Made by a program: the position numbers and the translations under genes. A DNA stretch of 33,167 bases from Octopus bimaculoides. Lineage: Eukaryota. How positions within the stretch are numbered: the first letter of the stretch is position 1; every line of letters begins with the position of its first letter. Shown one piece after another: positions 1 through 11,316 of this stretch. Below the pieces are notes generated by a model. That model saw only the letters and a program-made list of their open reading frames with translations. It searched no databases and had not been told where the DNA came from. The DNA lies in assembly GCF_001194135.2 (NCBI RefSeq), contig NC_068981.1, positions 22,838,344 through 22,871,510 on the forward strand, read 5' to 3'.

Positions 1-50
1 GCTACCACCGTTCTTCCAGTCCTTCCAAGCCTGTTTCTTTTGTCTAATAG

Positions 51-105
<55 letters not shown>

Positions 106-261
106 CATACATGTGTGTGCCCTTATTTTGACATTATGTGGTGGTTGTAAACAAGCAACACGCTCATACAGGTTATGTTGTTAGTTCCATGGATGTGAAA
201 TGAACTTAACCCCACTGTCATGTCTATAACTATGTATGTGTGTGTATAAAGACATCTGAGG

Positions 262-420
262 TGATTGATGCCAGTATGTAACTGGTACTTAATTTATCGA
301 TCCTGAAAGGTTGAAAGGCAAAGTCGACCTCGGCGGAATTTCAACTCAAAACTTAAAGTCAGATGAAATACTGCTAAGCATTTTGCCCGGCATGCTACCG
401 TTTCTGCCAGCTCACTACCT
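262..420 (-). mobile_element. tRNA-derived SINE fragment (family with gatgaaaggcaaagtcgacctcggcggaatttgaactc block)
   Basis: Similar to 19678-19804 and ~26830-26970; tRNA-like head on the minus strand. Confidence 0.7.
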
Positions 421-692
421 TTCCAAGCAAGATGATATTGCATCATGGCTGGACATGTTATCACAGAAGATTGTAAAGGGAAGAATCTCTATGATGTTGC
501 AATTTATTTATAACTATCTTGTGATGTCAAGACAGGCAGACACAAATACATCTGAGATTTATAGAGAATACTTTTGGTCTCCTTTAAATACAACTTTTTC
601 AGAACCTACACACACACACACACATGCACACACACATACATACACACACAAATACAGGTATGTCAAATACTATACAACAAAATTCTTGATTT

Positions 693-1034
693 ATTAAAAT
701 CATCTCTGCCTCTGGAGGATGTATTATAATTTACCAATGGCAATTGAAGACCAGCTTCACTTCAGAAGGGGAGATAACCTCAATATTCAAAAATACTCCA
801 AAACTGAAATGCTACTGAGGAAAAGGACAGACTTATTGTCTGGTAATGAACTACATCTGAATGCTGTTTATCTCCAGATACATGTTCCTGGCTTAGTAGC
901 CTTCATCAGCGTGACAGTTGTCCTACTTTGAGAATTCTTGAATCTTGAGATTCTCTCCCCTTTTCAAGTGGACCTGGTCATAATTGCCACTTGGTAATTA
1001 TGCTGCATCATCTACAGGCAGAGATAATTTTAAT
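693..1034. repeat. Diverged fold-back element (about 110-bp arms) with a hammerhead-like core in the spacer
   Basis: 693..~801 is the reverse complement of ~927..1034 (catctctgcctctggaggatg...accagcttcacttcagaaggggagataacctcaatattcaa versus tatctctgcctgtagatgatg...accaggtccacttgaaaaggggagagaatctcaagattcaa), roughly three-quarters identical by eye. Confidence 0.8.
880..909 (-). ncRNA. Degenerate hammerhead-ribozyme-like motif
   Basis: Minus strand CTGATGA-A-GGCT-acta-AGCC-agGAACATGT: intact first core half, 4-bp stem II, altered GAAA, palindromic ACATGT; no clear stem I. Confidence 0.4.
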
Positions 1035-1173
1035 GTTGACATACCAGTATTTGTCTATGTTATTTAAATACATCCCAATATCCACTCTGAGTTGTTTCTC
1101 TTCGTTCATTTTATTTATTAAGATATATATATAATCATATCACAAATAAAGTACTAGTAAAGTACTGCATCTC

Positions 1174-1219
<46 letters not shown>

Positions 1220-1562
1220 NNNNNNNNNNNNNNNNNNNNNNNNNNNNNNNNNNNNNNNNNNNNNNNNNNNNNNNNNNNNNNNNNNNNNNNNNNNNNNNNN
1301 NNNNNNNNNNNNNNNNNNNNNNNNNNNNNNNNNNNNNNNNNNNNNNNNNNNNNNNNNNNNNNNNNNNNNNNNNNNNNNNNNNNNNNNNNNNNNNNNNNNN
1401 NNNNNNNNNNNNNNNNNNNNNNNNNNNNNNNNNNNNNNNNNNNNNNNNNNNNNNNNNNNNNNNNNNNNNNNNNNNNNNNNNNNNNNNNNNNNNNNNNNNN
1501 NNNNNNNNNNNNNNNNNNNNNNNNNNNNNNNNNNNNNNNNNNNNNNNNNNNNNNNNNNNNNN
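1220..1562. other. Assembly gap (N run) next to (TA)n
   Basis: Run of N flanked by TA microsatellite. Confidence 1.
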
Positions 1563-3258
1563 TATATATATATTCTGGAGAAAATAAAAAAAAAACCATC
1601 TTTTCTGTTCACAAAAGTGTGGAAATAGTGGTATATTGTTGTTACAAACATACTTCCATGGACAAAAACAAAAACTTTACTCTTTCTCTGAAAGACTCAG
1701 GTGGAAACATCTGGAAACTCTTCTCCCAATGGTATTCCTGTTTAAAGTTAAAACATTTAGATACCATTATTCCAATAAATCAATAATTACTATTCAGAAA
1801 GACTCAAGTATATCAATCACATTTTCTCTTATTTCGTGTATTTCTGACATCATTCTCTGCCTCCAACATATCCAGCAACCAAAGAGTTAGATACCTCTGT
1901 TTTTATTCAGTTGTTTACTTGCTTGCTTCATTGTCTATTCTGGTATCTTTCGAACTAAAGCAGTGGATTAGTAATTCCATTAGTGTGTCAAACAAAATCA
2001 TTTATGATAATTTAGTTGTTGCCTTTTACATTCTAGGTTCAAATCATGCTGAGCTCAACCTTGTTGTTCATGCTTCTGGGTTCAATAAAATAAAGTACTA
2101 GTAAAGTACTGCAATTAAATATTAATAACTGCTGCCTAATTAGCATGTGGTAGCTTGGCTAGTTACACAGAATCTGGCTGTTGACAGAGTGTGCAAATCT
2201 ATGGAAACCTATAGGCATTGCTTCATCCATATAGATGTTCTGTAGAGATCATCCTCATCACTATTTAATGTTCATGTTCCATATTTTCAGAGGTCAGATA
2301 GTCTGAGTGGATCCAGTGTGTTCAAAGACTGCCTTCTGCTCCAGTGTCTGTTTCGGCACAGTTTCTACAGCCAGGTGCCCTTTCTAATGCCAACCACTTT
2401 ACAACATGGACTGGGTACTTTTTTTGTGTCACCACTGCACTGTTGAGGTCGTTATGCAGTTTGCAAAACTACAAACCCTGGGGGCTGAGCAGCAGGAGTA
2501 GTAAAGATAATGCAGTTTTCAGTGGAAGGACAAAAGAGATCATGGTTGAGTACTCTGCAGGAGCTGGGGTGGGGAGAGGCAGGCCTAATGTATGGGAGGT
2601 AGAGACGAGTCAGTGTAATGTTGATGGAGGGCACATACATAGCACTTCCCAAACTCAGTTTTGCTATATAATGTAGGCAATATTTTGTGAAAAATGAAAA
2701 GAAAAAGAAAAAGAAACCCTGAAATTATAGGAAGTAGAAAATCTGAATTTTTCTTCAATGATTTCTTAACAAAATAGTGACAAATTGTATACATAGAAGA
2801 AGATTCTTTTTAATATGTTATTTAGATATTAAGCTCGATTTATCATGTTAAGTAATGAACAGGCTATGGATTATATGAGAACATATTAAATCTGTTTGAA
2901 AAAAAAAATGCAGTCAAAATAGTCAAGCGCGCGCACACACACACACACACATGGTTACCTAGCGACATGGCTTCTTCCAGATATTGGAGTTATAATAGTA
3001 ATGCAATATACATTCAAATAGTGATCACATATGTAGAGAAGAAATTTCTTTTCATTTTTTATTCTTAAACTTTATTGTGAATACTGGGTCAGATATTTCA
3101 AACATATAAAAGAAATAGAAAGTAGGTATTCAGTGAAAATAGGCGTATATATTACTGCAAAAATTCCAATTAAAAATTAACTTATCTTTCAATATGGCTT
3201 TTATGGAAAAATCAAACTAACTTTATCAACTTAGAACATACAGGCTACTAGTTAAACA

Positions 3259-3526
3259 TCATCATCATTTAATCTCTACTTATTCATGCTTGAATGGGTC
3301 AGATGGAATTTATTGAGGCAGATTTTCTGTGGTTGGATGCTTTTCCTGTTACCAACTCTCAATTGTTTTGAAGTAAGGTGATATTTTCCCATAGCTAGAC
3401 ATATTTTTTCATGGAAGACTGGAACCAACCTCACTTGTATGATGGTAATACTCATTTACAACCATCATGTGATACCAAGGCAGAGGTACATGCAAACACA
3501 CAAATATATCTCCCTCTCTCTTTTTC

Positions 3527-3565
<39 letters not shown>

Positions 3566-3756
3566 GAAAGGCTTTCAGTTTTCATCAACAAAATCCACTC
3601 ACAAAGCTTTGGTCAGCCTGGAGCTATAGTAGAAGGTATTTGCCCAAGGTGCCACATAGTGGGACTGAAACCAAGACTGCATAACTGCAATGCTATTCTT
3701 AACCTCACAGCCACACTTACACCTGCATCTAACCACTAAACTGAAGTTCAGTGCTC
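3259..3756 (-). mobile_element. Composite SINE (tRNA-like head, CA microsatellite, RTE-like (GAT)n tail)
   Basis: Same layout as 8263-8692, ~19970-20272 and ~29505-29810: gcccaaggtgcc...gggactgaa head block plus catcatcat tail. Confidence 0.7.
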
Positions 3757-3884
3757 ATTATGTATTTAGGCTGCATACTTGATTGTATTTACTTCATGTG
3801 ACTTAAAACTCTCACTAGTAAGCTTCAGTACATCCTAGCCAGGAGAAGAATATTTCTGGTTTCCTTTGTGTCAGGAGATCATAG

Positions 3885-4320
3885 TTAAGTGTTGACCAAG
3901 TATTACATCTGCTGGCAATAAAGAGTTTCTTTCTCAGAGTGAAGGACAGATTGTGTGACCTGTGTGCAGGGTGTATTGGTGTATGATAGTGAGATGTGGG
4001 CTTGAATAGAGAAGATTTGTGAAAGTTGGAAAGAAGTAAGGTAAGCATGCTCTCCTGGTTGCGTAATGTGAGTCTGAAAACAAATGAGTTGAGGGAAGAT
4101 ACAAAAGGAATTGGCTGCAATTTACAAGAAGAATCTGTGCTGATACATGTGATGTGTCTGGAGGTTGACTGTTGGTTAAAGAAGTGCCAAGTGCTCCAAG
4201 TGGATGGAATCTCTCAACATGGGATGAAGTGATGAAAACAAATCTCAAGAGGCTGAAGATGATGACAAAGAACCAGACATGTTGTAAAGTGCTGTGTTGG
4301 GGTAAACTCACCCAACCTAT
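3885..4320 (+). mobile_element. Degenerate 3' end of an RTE-clade LINE ORF (pseudo-ORF)
   Basis: With stops and frameshifts it reads LLAIKSFFLRVKDRL...YDSEMW...KLERSKVSMLSWLRNVS...HVMCL...KKCQ...WDEVMK..L, the post-RT C-terminal region typical of RTE elements (GSETW, LRW.GHV.RM, W...VK.DL). The tail resumes at 4670. Confidence 0.75.
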
Positions 4321-4669
4321 TCCAGCGTAACTAAGTACACTCCCACTGGACTGTAGGCCATCAGTGACTTTTCCCCACTGTTCTCAATTCTGGGATGTCC
4401 ATCTGTCTTTAATCAGTCTCATGAGTGAGAAGTTTTGAATTGTCATAAATGCTTCTGTAACAATGTCTTTTTTCTAACTAAGGATGTTGGTCCTATGTAA
4501 ACCCATTTTTACTTCTGGGATGAGGTGGTCCGTATTAGTCAGGTTTCTATCTTTTGACCTTTCCAACATTGGAGCCCCCATCAGGAACTTGTACTCTGTT
4601 GGCCTAGCAGTCAGTGTCATTGATGTGCACAAGTCAGCACATCACAATAAAGACTGGAATTTGTGATGG
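4321..4669 (-). mobile_element. Nested insertion, probably an RTE-derived non-autonomous element
   Basis: Flanked by acccaacctat (4310-4320) and acccaacccat (4670-4680), and interrupts the LINE tail. 4540-4650 resembles RTE 5' leader sequence in reverse (recalled). Confidence 0.5.
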
Positions 4670-4739
4670 ACCCAACCCATGCAAGTATGGGAAAAAGAGC
4701 ATAAAAAAATTATGCTGGGAATGGTGATGTATAATATCC

Positions 4740-5330
4740 ATATTTGGATCTCTCTCTTTCTTATTCTCTCCTCTATTATTCACCCCTCTTCTCTCATTAT
4801 ATTACTCTGCTAACACTCTATCTCCTATTACATTGCCTTTATAACAAAAATGGCATCAAATTGAATCTACACTCAACTCAGTTCCTTCTTCCTTAATATC
4901 ACCTAACTTTTTTATATTTCTCAATCTTCTGTCACTATCATCCCTATCATTGTTGACATCTATTTCTCCAAATCTTTTACGGCCACAATTTTTTATTGCT
5001 ATTCATCACTTTCTCTCACATTATTCCTACCTCTACTGCACATGTAGCTTCTGTTCACTCTCCTGGTCTGTATTCATGTAGTTATGTTATTCTCTATATC
5101 TCCCTTTACTCTCTCCTTTACCACCCACTCACTCCTATCACTCTGGTTCTCTTTCATCGCTTTATCTTCTTTTCGCTCATGTTCATACTATTCAATCTCC
5201 TTACTAACAACTATCATGTAGCTGTCTATCACACCCTCTCTTTCTTCCATTACTCTCTCTTCTATCACCCTCTTGTTCTATCAATCTGGTTTCCAGCTTC
5301 TGCTGAGTTATCTCCTTCATGCAAATGTCC
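4740..5330. repeat. Pyrimidine-rich low-complexity tract
   Basis: Degenerate CT/CTA-rich sequence; it accounts for the hydrophobic spurious ORF 4996..5397. Confidence 0.6.
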
Positions 5331-6056
5331 ACTTTACATTTTGTATTTTACAAAACTAATGAAAAAAAATATTAGACAAAATATTGAGGTAAAATGAAAC
5401 ATCAAAATATGGAAAGGTTGTACTTCAGCATGGTTGCAATCAAGTGACTGAAACCAGTAAAAGAACAACATGCAAAAATAATGGCCATATTATATAGCTT
5501 TGAAAATAGTAATACCCATGCCTCTGGTGTCTCACATTGGCTATGATATAGCTTCTGCTTTGATATAGCTTTATGAAAAAACAAATTCAATCAATTCTCT
5601 TAACAGATTTAATTCAAAGGAAATAATTTTGTAGTAAGCAGATAAATTCTACTTAGTTTCATTGCATTTCATACTTATACTTAAAATATATATTTATGCT
5701 GAAAATATAAATCACGACAAAAAGAGCACAAACTGAAAAATTGCCAATTTAGATAACATAAAAGAGAGAGGAGTGGAATGGCATTGTATGACTTAGTCAA
5801 TCTTTGATTTAATTTTATGCCGGTCATTTTTTTATTACCCATTTCATTTATGATTTTAACCATTCATATGTCAAAACATACTTAGTACGAATGAACTGTA
5901 TTCTTACTTCAGTTTCCATAAAATAAATATTGAAATTTTAGTTTTTAATGATATTTGACTTCTACTTTTCCAATCATAACAAAGTTGGCTTCAAACTTAG
6001 TCATGTAACTCTTTCGATAACAACCGTCTGAGTCCTTCATTAGAAAATGTTGTCAT

Positions 6057-6350
6057 AATCATCATTTAACATCTGTATTCCATGCTGGCATGGATTGGAC
6101 AGTCTGGCAGGAACTGGCAAGCCAGAGGGTAGTACTAGGCTCAAGTCGTCTGTTTTGGTGTGGGTTCTACAGCTAGATGTCCTTCCTAATACCAACCACT
6201 TTACAGAGTGTACTGAGTGCTGTAACATGGTGCCAACATGGGAATCAACACAGGTGCTCTTTTACACAGCACCAGCACAGGTACATTTTGCATAGTGCTG
6301 GCAAGGTTGCCCATTGCACAGTGCCAGCATGAGTGTTTTTACATGCTGTT
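6057..6350 (-). mobile_element. Old SINE with RTE-like tail and short degenerate internal tandem units
   Basis: ttctacagctagatgtccttcctaataccaaccact block shared with 20292-20600; repeated ~20-bp gcaccagcac-type units. Confidence 0.6.
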
Positions 6351-7011
6351 GGCTCATTGTTCTTAAAATCCCTTTCGAATAACAACCTTTAAATTAACAC
6401 ACAACACAAATTTTACATTTTGTAAATGAAAGAAGAAAATAATCCTCAATACTTATGATAGAGTTTATTCAGATATTTATTTAAAACTAAGTTTTGGCCA
6501 TTATTTGAGTTTCACCCTCTGTACTGGACAAAAGATTGGGTTATGCTCCAGTAGAATTAGAAATGGTTAATTATACCTTCACAGGTAGTTCCAATATCAC
6601 CCACTTATTCTCAGACAAACCTGTAAAGAGGTCTCTATACAATCACTCTACTTGCTAAGAATAGCAAAGAAATATTCCTTAGAAAATAGGTTTGTTGGAT
6701 AACCTAGTCTTAAATATAATACACCTTTAAAAAAGAATTAGATTATCAAAGCTATAATCCTTCTGATCAGAAGTCTGTTTAAGCACTGTTGACCTGGTCC
6801 TCAGTATCAATAATTCATTTTCAGTTGGAAATATATGAAAGATTTTTTTAATTGCATGTAATACAATTTTTACTTTGTTTGATATACATTTATTTCAAAC
6901 ATCATTAAATTACTCTAATTTATGTATTTGTACACACACACGCACATTTATATACTCACACATATTTTGTTATGTCTTGAGTGAATTGCACTAATAATAA
7001 ACACATGTACC

Positions 7012-7237
7012 GGTTCTATTTCACTTCTTTTTTTATAATTAGTGTGTTGATTAACTATTTAACCATTTAACTAATTCATTATATGATTTAATCATTCAGT
7101 CAATCAGTTAAGTTTGTCAAAGTTCTTTCATCACCAGTCGTGGCCTCATTAATGACAACAATCAAATAATCAATTAGTTCATTGGTTAAATCATTAACGA
7201 AATGACTAATTAATAATAAAAGAAGTGATATTGAACC
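7012..7237. repeat. AT-rich fold-back element with a hammerhead-like loop
   Basis: ggttctatttcacttctttttttataattagtgtgttgattaactatttaaccatttaactaatt (7012..) is the reverse complement of aattagttcattggttaaatcattaacgaaatgactaattaataataaaagaagtgatattgaacc (..7237), about 80% by eye. Confidence 0.8.
7114..7158 (-). ncRNA. Degenerate minimal type I hammerhead ribozyme
   Basis: Minus strand TTGTCA-ttaATGA-G-GCCAC-gactg-GTGAT-GAAAG-aa-CT-T-TGACAA: perfect 6-bp stem I, core two transitions away from CTGATGA, imperfect stem II, GAAA, 2-bp stem III, UH site. Confidence 0.55.
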
Positions 7238-7573
7238 TGTGTGTGATTATTACTGGCATAATGACCCTCTCAACACAGAAGTTGACATCAAAAATCTTAC
7301 AAACCAAAAATAAAAATAAAATGCATATACATATTTTTCTGGTTTTCTAGTCATTTGAAACCATAACTTCTGTGGTTATTTGAAAATACATATTAAAATG
7401 ACATTCTTGGTAATGTTATTTTTGTTTTGGTGGTATTTCACAATATAAAATGCTGAATTTGAAAGTAAAGTATGTTTCTGAGAAATAGATGGATTTCTTT
7501 GGAAAACAGAACTAGATTTGTTCTATTAATATAAAAATTTGTCTTTCATTTATACAGACACATATTATCACAA

Positions 7574-7616
<43 letters not shown>

Positions 7617-7714
7617 AAGAAAAAGTAGGCATACTTCAACATATGTTTAGAATTACTGTATCCATAAAGAGGACATTGATTTGAAATATATAAACTATAC
7701 TTTGTCTTCTTCAG

Positions 7715-7717
<3 letters not shown>

Positions 7718-7787
<70 letters not shown>

Positions 7788-7808
7788 GTTATTTCTTCTT
7801 CTTCTTCT
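7718..7808. repeat. (ATT)n microsatellite followed by (TTC)n
   Basis: Direct reading; explains the poly-Ile ORF 7613..7843. Confidence 0.95.
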
Positions 7809-8262
7809 TTGGGTTTCCCTCCTTCCTTTTTAATGAAGTACACATGGTTTTTGTACTATTCCTTTTCTTGGTAAAATAATCCACATTTCATAGTCTTTGA
7901 AATATATTTGAGGGAGACAGACATTAATTCTGTATATGGCATGAAAGTCAAATTGTGAAAAGCTGTTTTGTTTTTATAATTGAAACAGAATCTGTGTGTT
8001 TTAATTGATTCCGATTAAATTAAAGTTTATTTATGCAAGCTTTGGATAGTTATTTAGTTCACTTAGTATATTCATTGTAGATTTTGTTAGAAAGGATAAA
8101 AAGGGCCAACATTTGGGACTTATTTTAGGACAGGATCTTGACATTTAAAAAGAATTTTAAAAATGGGTTTACATTTTTTTATACCACATGTGTTGCCTGA
8201 ACATGTGTACAACTATTGGCATGAATAAAAAAAACCTTGTGACAATTGATTCACCAAGATAA

Positions 8263-8692
8263 CATCATCACCATCATCATTTTTTAATATCCACTTTCCC
8301 ATGTCAGCAAAGGTCAGTCAGAATTCATAGAAGCAGATTTTCTATAGCTGGGTCCTTCATGTTGCCAACCTTCACCTGTTTCTAAACAAGGTAATGTATC
8401 CCTGTGATCAGATATATTCTCACAGAAGACTGGAAATGAGGAACTCTGCTTGTATGACAATGACTCTTGTAACTATTGTGTGATGACAAGACAAGGAGAG
8501 AGACACACAATAATACATACTCACTACAGGCTTCTTTCAGTTTCCATCTATCAAATTCACTCACAAGACTTTGGTACTCTGAAGGCTATAATAGAAAACA
8601 CTTGCTCAGAGTGTCACACGGTGGGATTAACTCTGAAACCATGCAGTAGAGAAGCAAACTTCTTAATCACTTGACCTTTCGGCCATACCTGC
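8263..8692 (-). mobile_element. Composite SINE, older copy
   Basis: Homologous to 3259-3756. Confidence 0.65.
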
Positions 8693-8821
8693 TCCTGTGT
8701 GTGTGGGTGTGTGTGATCAGTTTGACAGGAGCTGGTTAGGCAGAAGACTGCATCAGGCTTCAGTGTCTGTTTTGGCATGGTTTTTACAACTGTATGCCCT
8801 TTTATATATATATATATATAT

Positions 8822-9402
8822 NNNNNNNNNNNNNNNNNNNNNNNNNNNNNNNNNNNNNNNNNNNNNNNNNNNNNNNNNNNNNNNNNNNNNNNNNNNNNNN
8901 NNNNNNNNNNNNNNNNNNNNNNNNNNNNNNNNNNNNNNNNNNNNNNNNNNNNNNNNNNNNNNNNNNNNNNNNNNNNNNNNNNNNNNNNNNNNNNNNNNNN
9001 NNNNNNNNNNNNNNNNNNNNNNNNNNNNNNNNNNNNNNNNNNNNNNNNNNNNNNNNNNNNNNNNNNNNNNNNNNNNNNNNNNNNNNNNNNNNNNNNNNNN
9101 NNNNNNNNNNNNNNNNNNNNNNNNNNNNNNNNNNNNNNNNNNNNNNNNNNNNNNNNNNNNNNNNNNNNNNNNNNNNNNNNNNNNNNNNNNNNNNNNNNNN
9201 NNNNNNNNNNNNNNNNNNNNNNNNNNNNNNNNNNNNNNNNNNNNNNNNNNNNNNNNNNNNNNNNNNNNNNNNNNNNNNNNNNNNNNNNNNNNNNNNNNNN
9301 NNNNNNNNNNNNNNNNNNNNNNNNNNNNNNNNNNNNNNNNNNNNNNNNNNNNNNNNNNNNNNNNNNNNNNNNNNNNNNNNNNNNNNNNNNNNNNNNNNNN
9401 NN
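8822..9402. other. Assembly gap (N run)
   Basis: Run of N. Confidence 1.
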
Positions 9403-9518
9403 CCACTCACAAGGCTTTGGTTGGGCTGAGGCTATAGTAGAAGACACTTGCCCAAGGTGCCATGCAGTGGGACTGAACCCAGAACCATGTGGTTGGTAAG
9501 CAAGCTACTTACCACACA
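9403..9518 (-). mobile_element. tRNA-derived SINE head (family A), truncated by the gap
   Basis: ctatagtagaagacacttgcccaaggtgccatgcagtgggactgaaccc...gcaagctacttaccacacag, as in 13040-13433. Confidence 0.8.
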
Positions 9519-10881
9519 GAAAATTATCCCAATACTCTTGCATTTATGTTCACCTTCCTGTAACTTGGGGTACGTTCTGAACCTCTTCACCATCATTCCT
9601 CCTTTTCCAACTGGAGTAGCCATGTATCTCCTCTACAGCAAGGCATCTGTTCCTGTCCCTCTATTATACTTTAATTACTCATCACTTACCATAAAGTTAC
9701 CTCTCTCAGTTGTACTCCCTACGTCAGTTGAGGGGGTCTTGTCTGGTGAGCTACTTGATGGCATCACCAGTCCTGGTGCCATATAAGAAGTATCCTATAC
9801 ATTGTGAAGTGCCTGATGTTAGAAAGGGCATCCAGTCATAGAATCCATGCCAAAACAGACATTGGAGCTTGACTCAATTCTCGGGCATGTCAGCTCGTCA
9901 GATCATCTAACCCATGCCAGCATAGTTAAACAGTGATGATAATGTTGATGTTTAAAGTTACCTTGAATATAAGCAATAATATTCCCATGTCTACATGTAC
10001 ACACACACACACACACACATGGTTGTGTGCAAAAACAGTTAAACTGTTCGATTGCCTATTAACAATCATATTGCTGTCACTAATAGCGATACACTGACTG
10101 GTATTTGACTGATGTTCTTCTGATCTGTAATTCTAATATTATTCAAAGTCTGTAGTTTTAATGTTATTCCAAGTATAAAGTATGAATTTATGTGTTAGAA
10201 ACTTCCCTTTCCCCATTAAAACTGCCAGAAATTTAAAGACAAATTATGTTGTGGAACTATTTTTAGATTTTACTGGTTCTTCTCTGTTCTCTGTATAACC
10301 ACTCATCCATTTATTTTAGATTCAAATGACACATATCTAGGATGGTAAATGCTTAGGTATTGATTGAGAAGTGAGAACTAATGATTTAAAGTTCATTTGA
10401 GCAGAATGTTCCACTGCAAGTTTTGCCTATTTTGCTTTTCTCTGAGAGCAGAATGAGACAGTTGGGTGTGTCTGCTAGGATACTGGCAATTTGGCATGGC
10501 TGACTGGACATTGAACCTACTTTGGCAACTGTACTTTTTGGCATTAGAGGTTAAGCCCACACACATGTTCACACAGAAATATACACATACAGAGAAATAG
10601 ATAGAGAAAGAATGAGAGAGACTACAATTTATCAGTTGGACATAAACACCTTCCATCTCTTCATACACTTAAAGAGAAATATGATCACAAACATAGATGC
10701 AGAGAGAGAAGGGGAGGGAGAACAAGAGAAACATTAAAATGAAATAAATGAACTTTAGCTTGATTGAAATATGTTTGACATATTTTGATTTCTAAAGGCA
10801 AATTCAATACAGCTAGAAAAAGTCTCACTTATTTACATTATTTACATTTGATGGATATTTGTCCACATCTTGTTTGTTGTT

Positions 10882-10927
10882 ATCGCAACGTTTCGGCTGA
10901 AATACCCTCGAGCCTTCATCAGGTGTC
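10882..10927 (-). ncRNA. Minimal type I hammerhead ribozyme, intact core (left arm)
   Basis: Minus strand GACAC-CTGATGA-A-GGCT-cgagggtatttc-AGCC-GAAACGTT-gcgat; both core halves are intact and the 3' strand of stem I is eroded. Confidence 0.7.
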
Positions 10928-11270
10928 TTGGGGAAATTTCGAACCTGGGTTCTCATTCCTAAGGTATTTTTCGATATTATTATTATTATTATCATCATCA
11001 TCATCATCATCATTATTATTATTATTATTATTATCATCATCATTATTATCATTATTCAGTTCACTGCCTGGAATCGAACTTGGAATCTTGGGGTTAGTAG
11101 CCCGCGCTCTTAATTACCATGCCCATGGGCATATGGCATAGTGGTTAAGAGCGCGGGATATTAACCCCAAAATTTCGAGTTCGATTTCAGGCAGTGATCT
11201 GAATAATAATAATAATAATAATATCGAAAAATACCTTAGGAATGATAACCCAGGTTCAAAATTTCCCCAA

Positions 11271-11316
11271 GACACCTGATGAAGGCTGGAGGGTATATTA
11301 GCCAAAATGTTGTGTT
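11271..11316 (+). ncRNA. Minimal type I hammerhead ribozyme, mutated core (right arm)
   Basis: GACAC-CTGATGA-A-GGCTG-gagggtatat-TAGCC-aAAAtGTT-GTGTT; stem I (GACAC/GTGTT) is intact, and GAAACG has become AAAATG through two CpG-type transitions. Confidence 0.65.

Noticed and set aside
7613-7843. Poly-Ile, poly-Asn and His-Thr ORFs (also 10825-11141, 17921-18170, 26177-26371, 26993-27208)
   Set aside because: Translations of microsatellites.
8614-9499. Long ORFs across N runs (also 1135-1651 and 19286-19772)
   Set aside because: Artefacts of assembly gaps translated as X.
11056-11200. tRNA-like sequences as real tRNA genes (also 25200-25248 and 30888-30960)
   Set aside because: A and B boxes are present but there is no proper acceptor stem, and each is attached to a repeat body; these are SINE heads.
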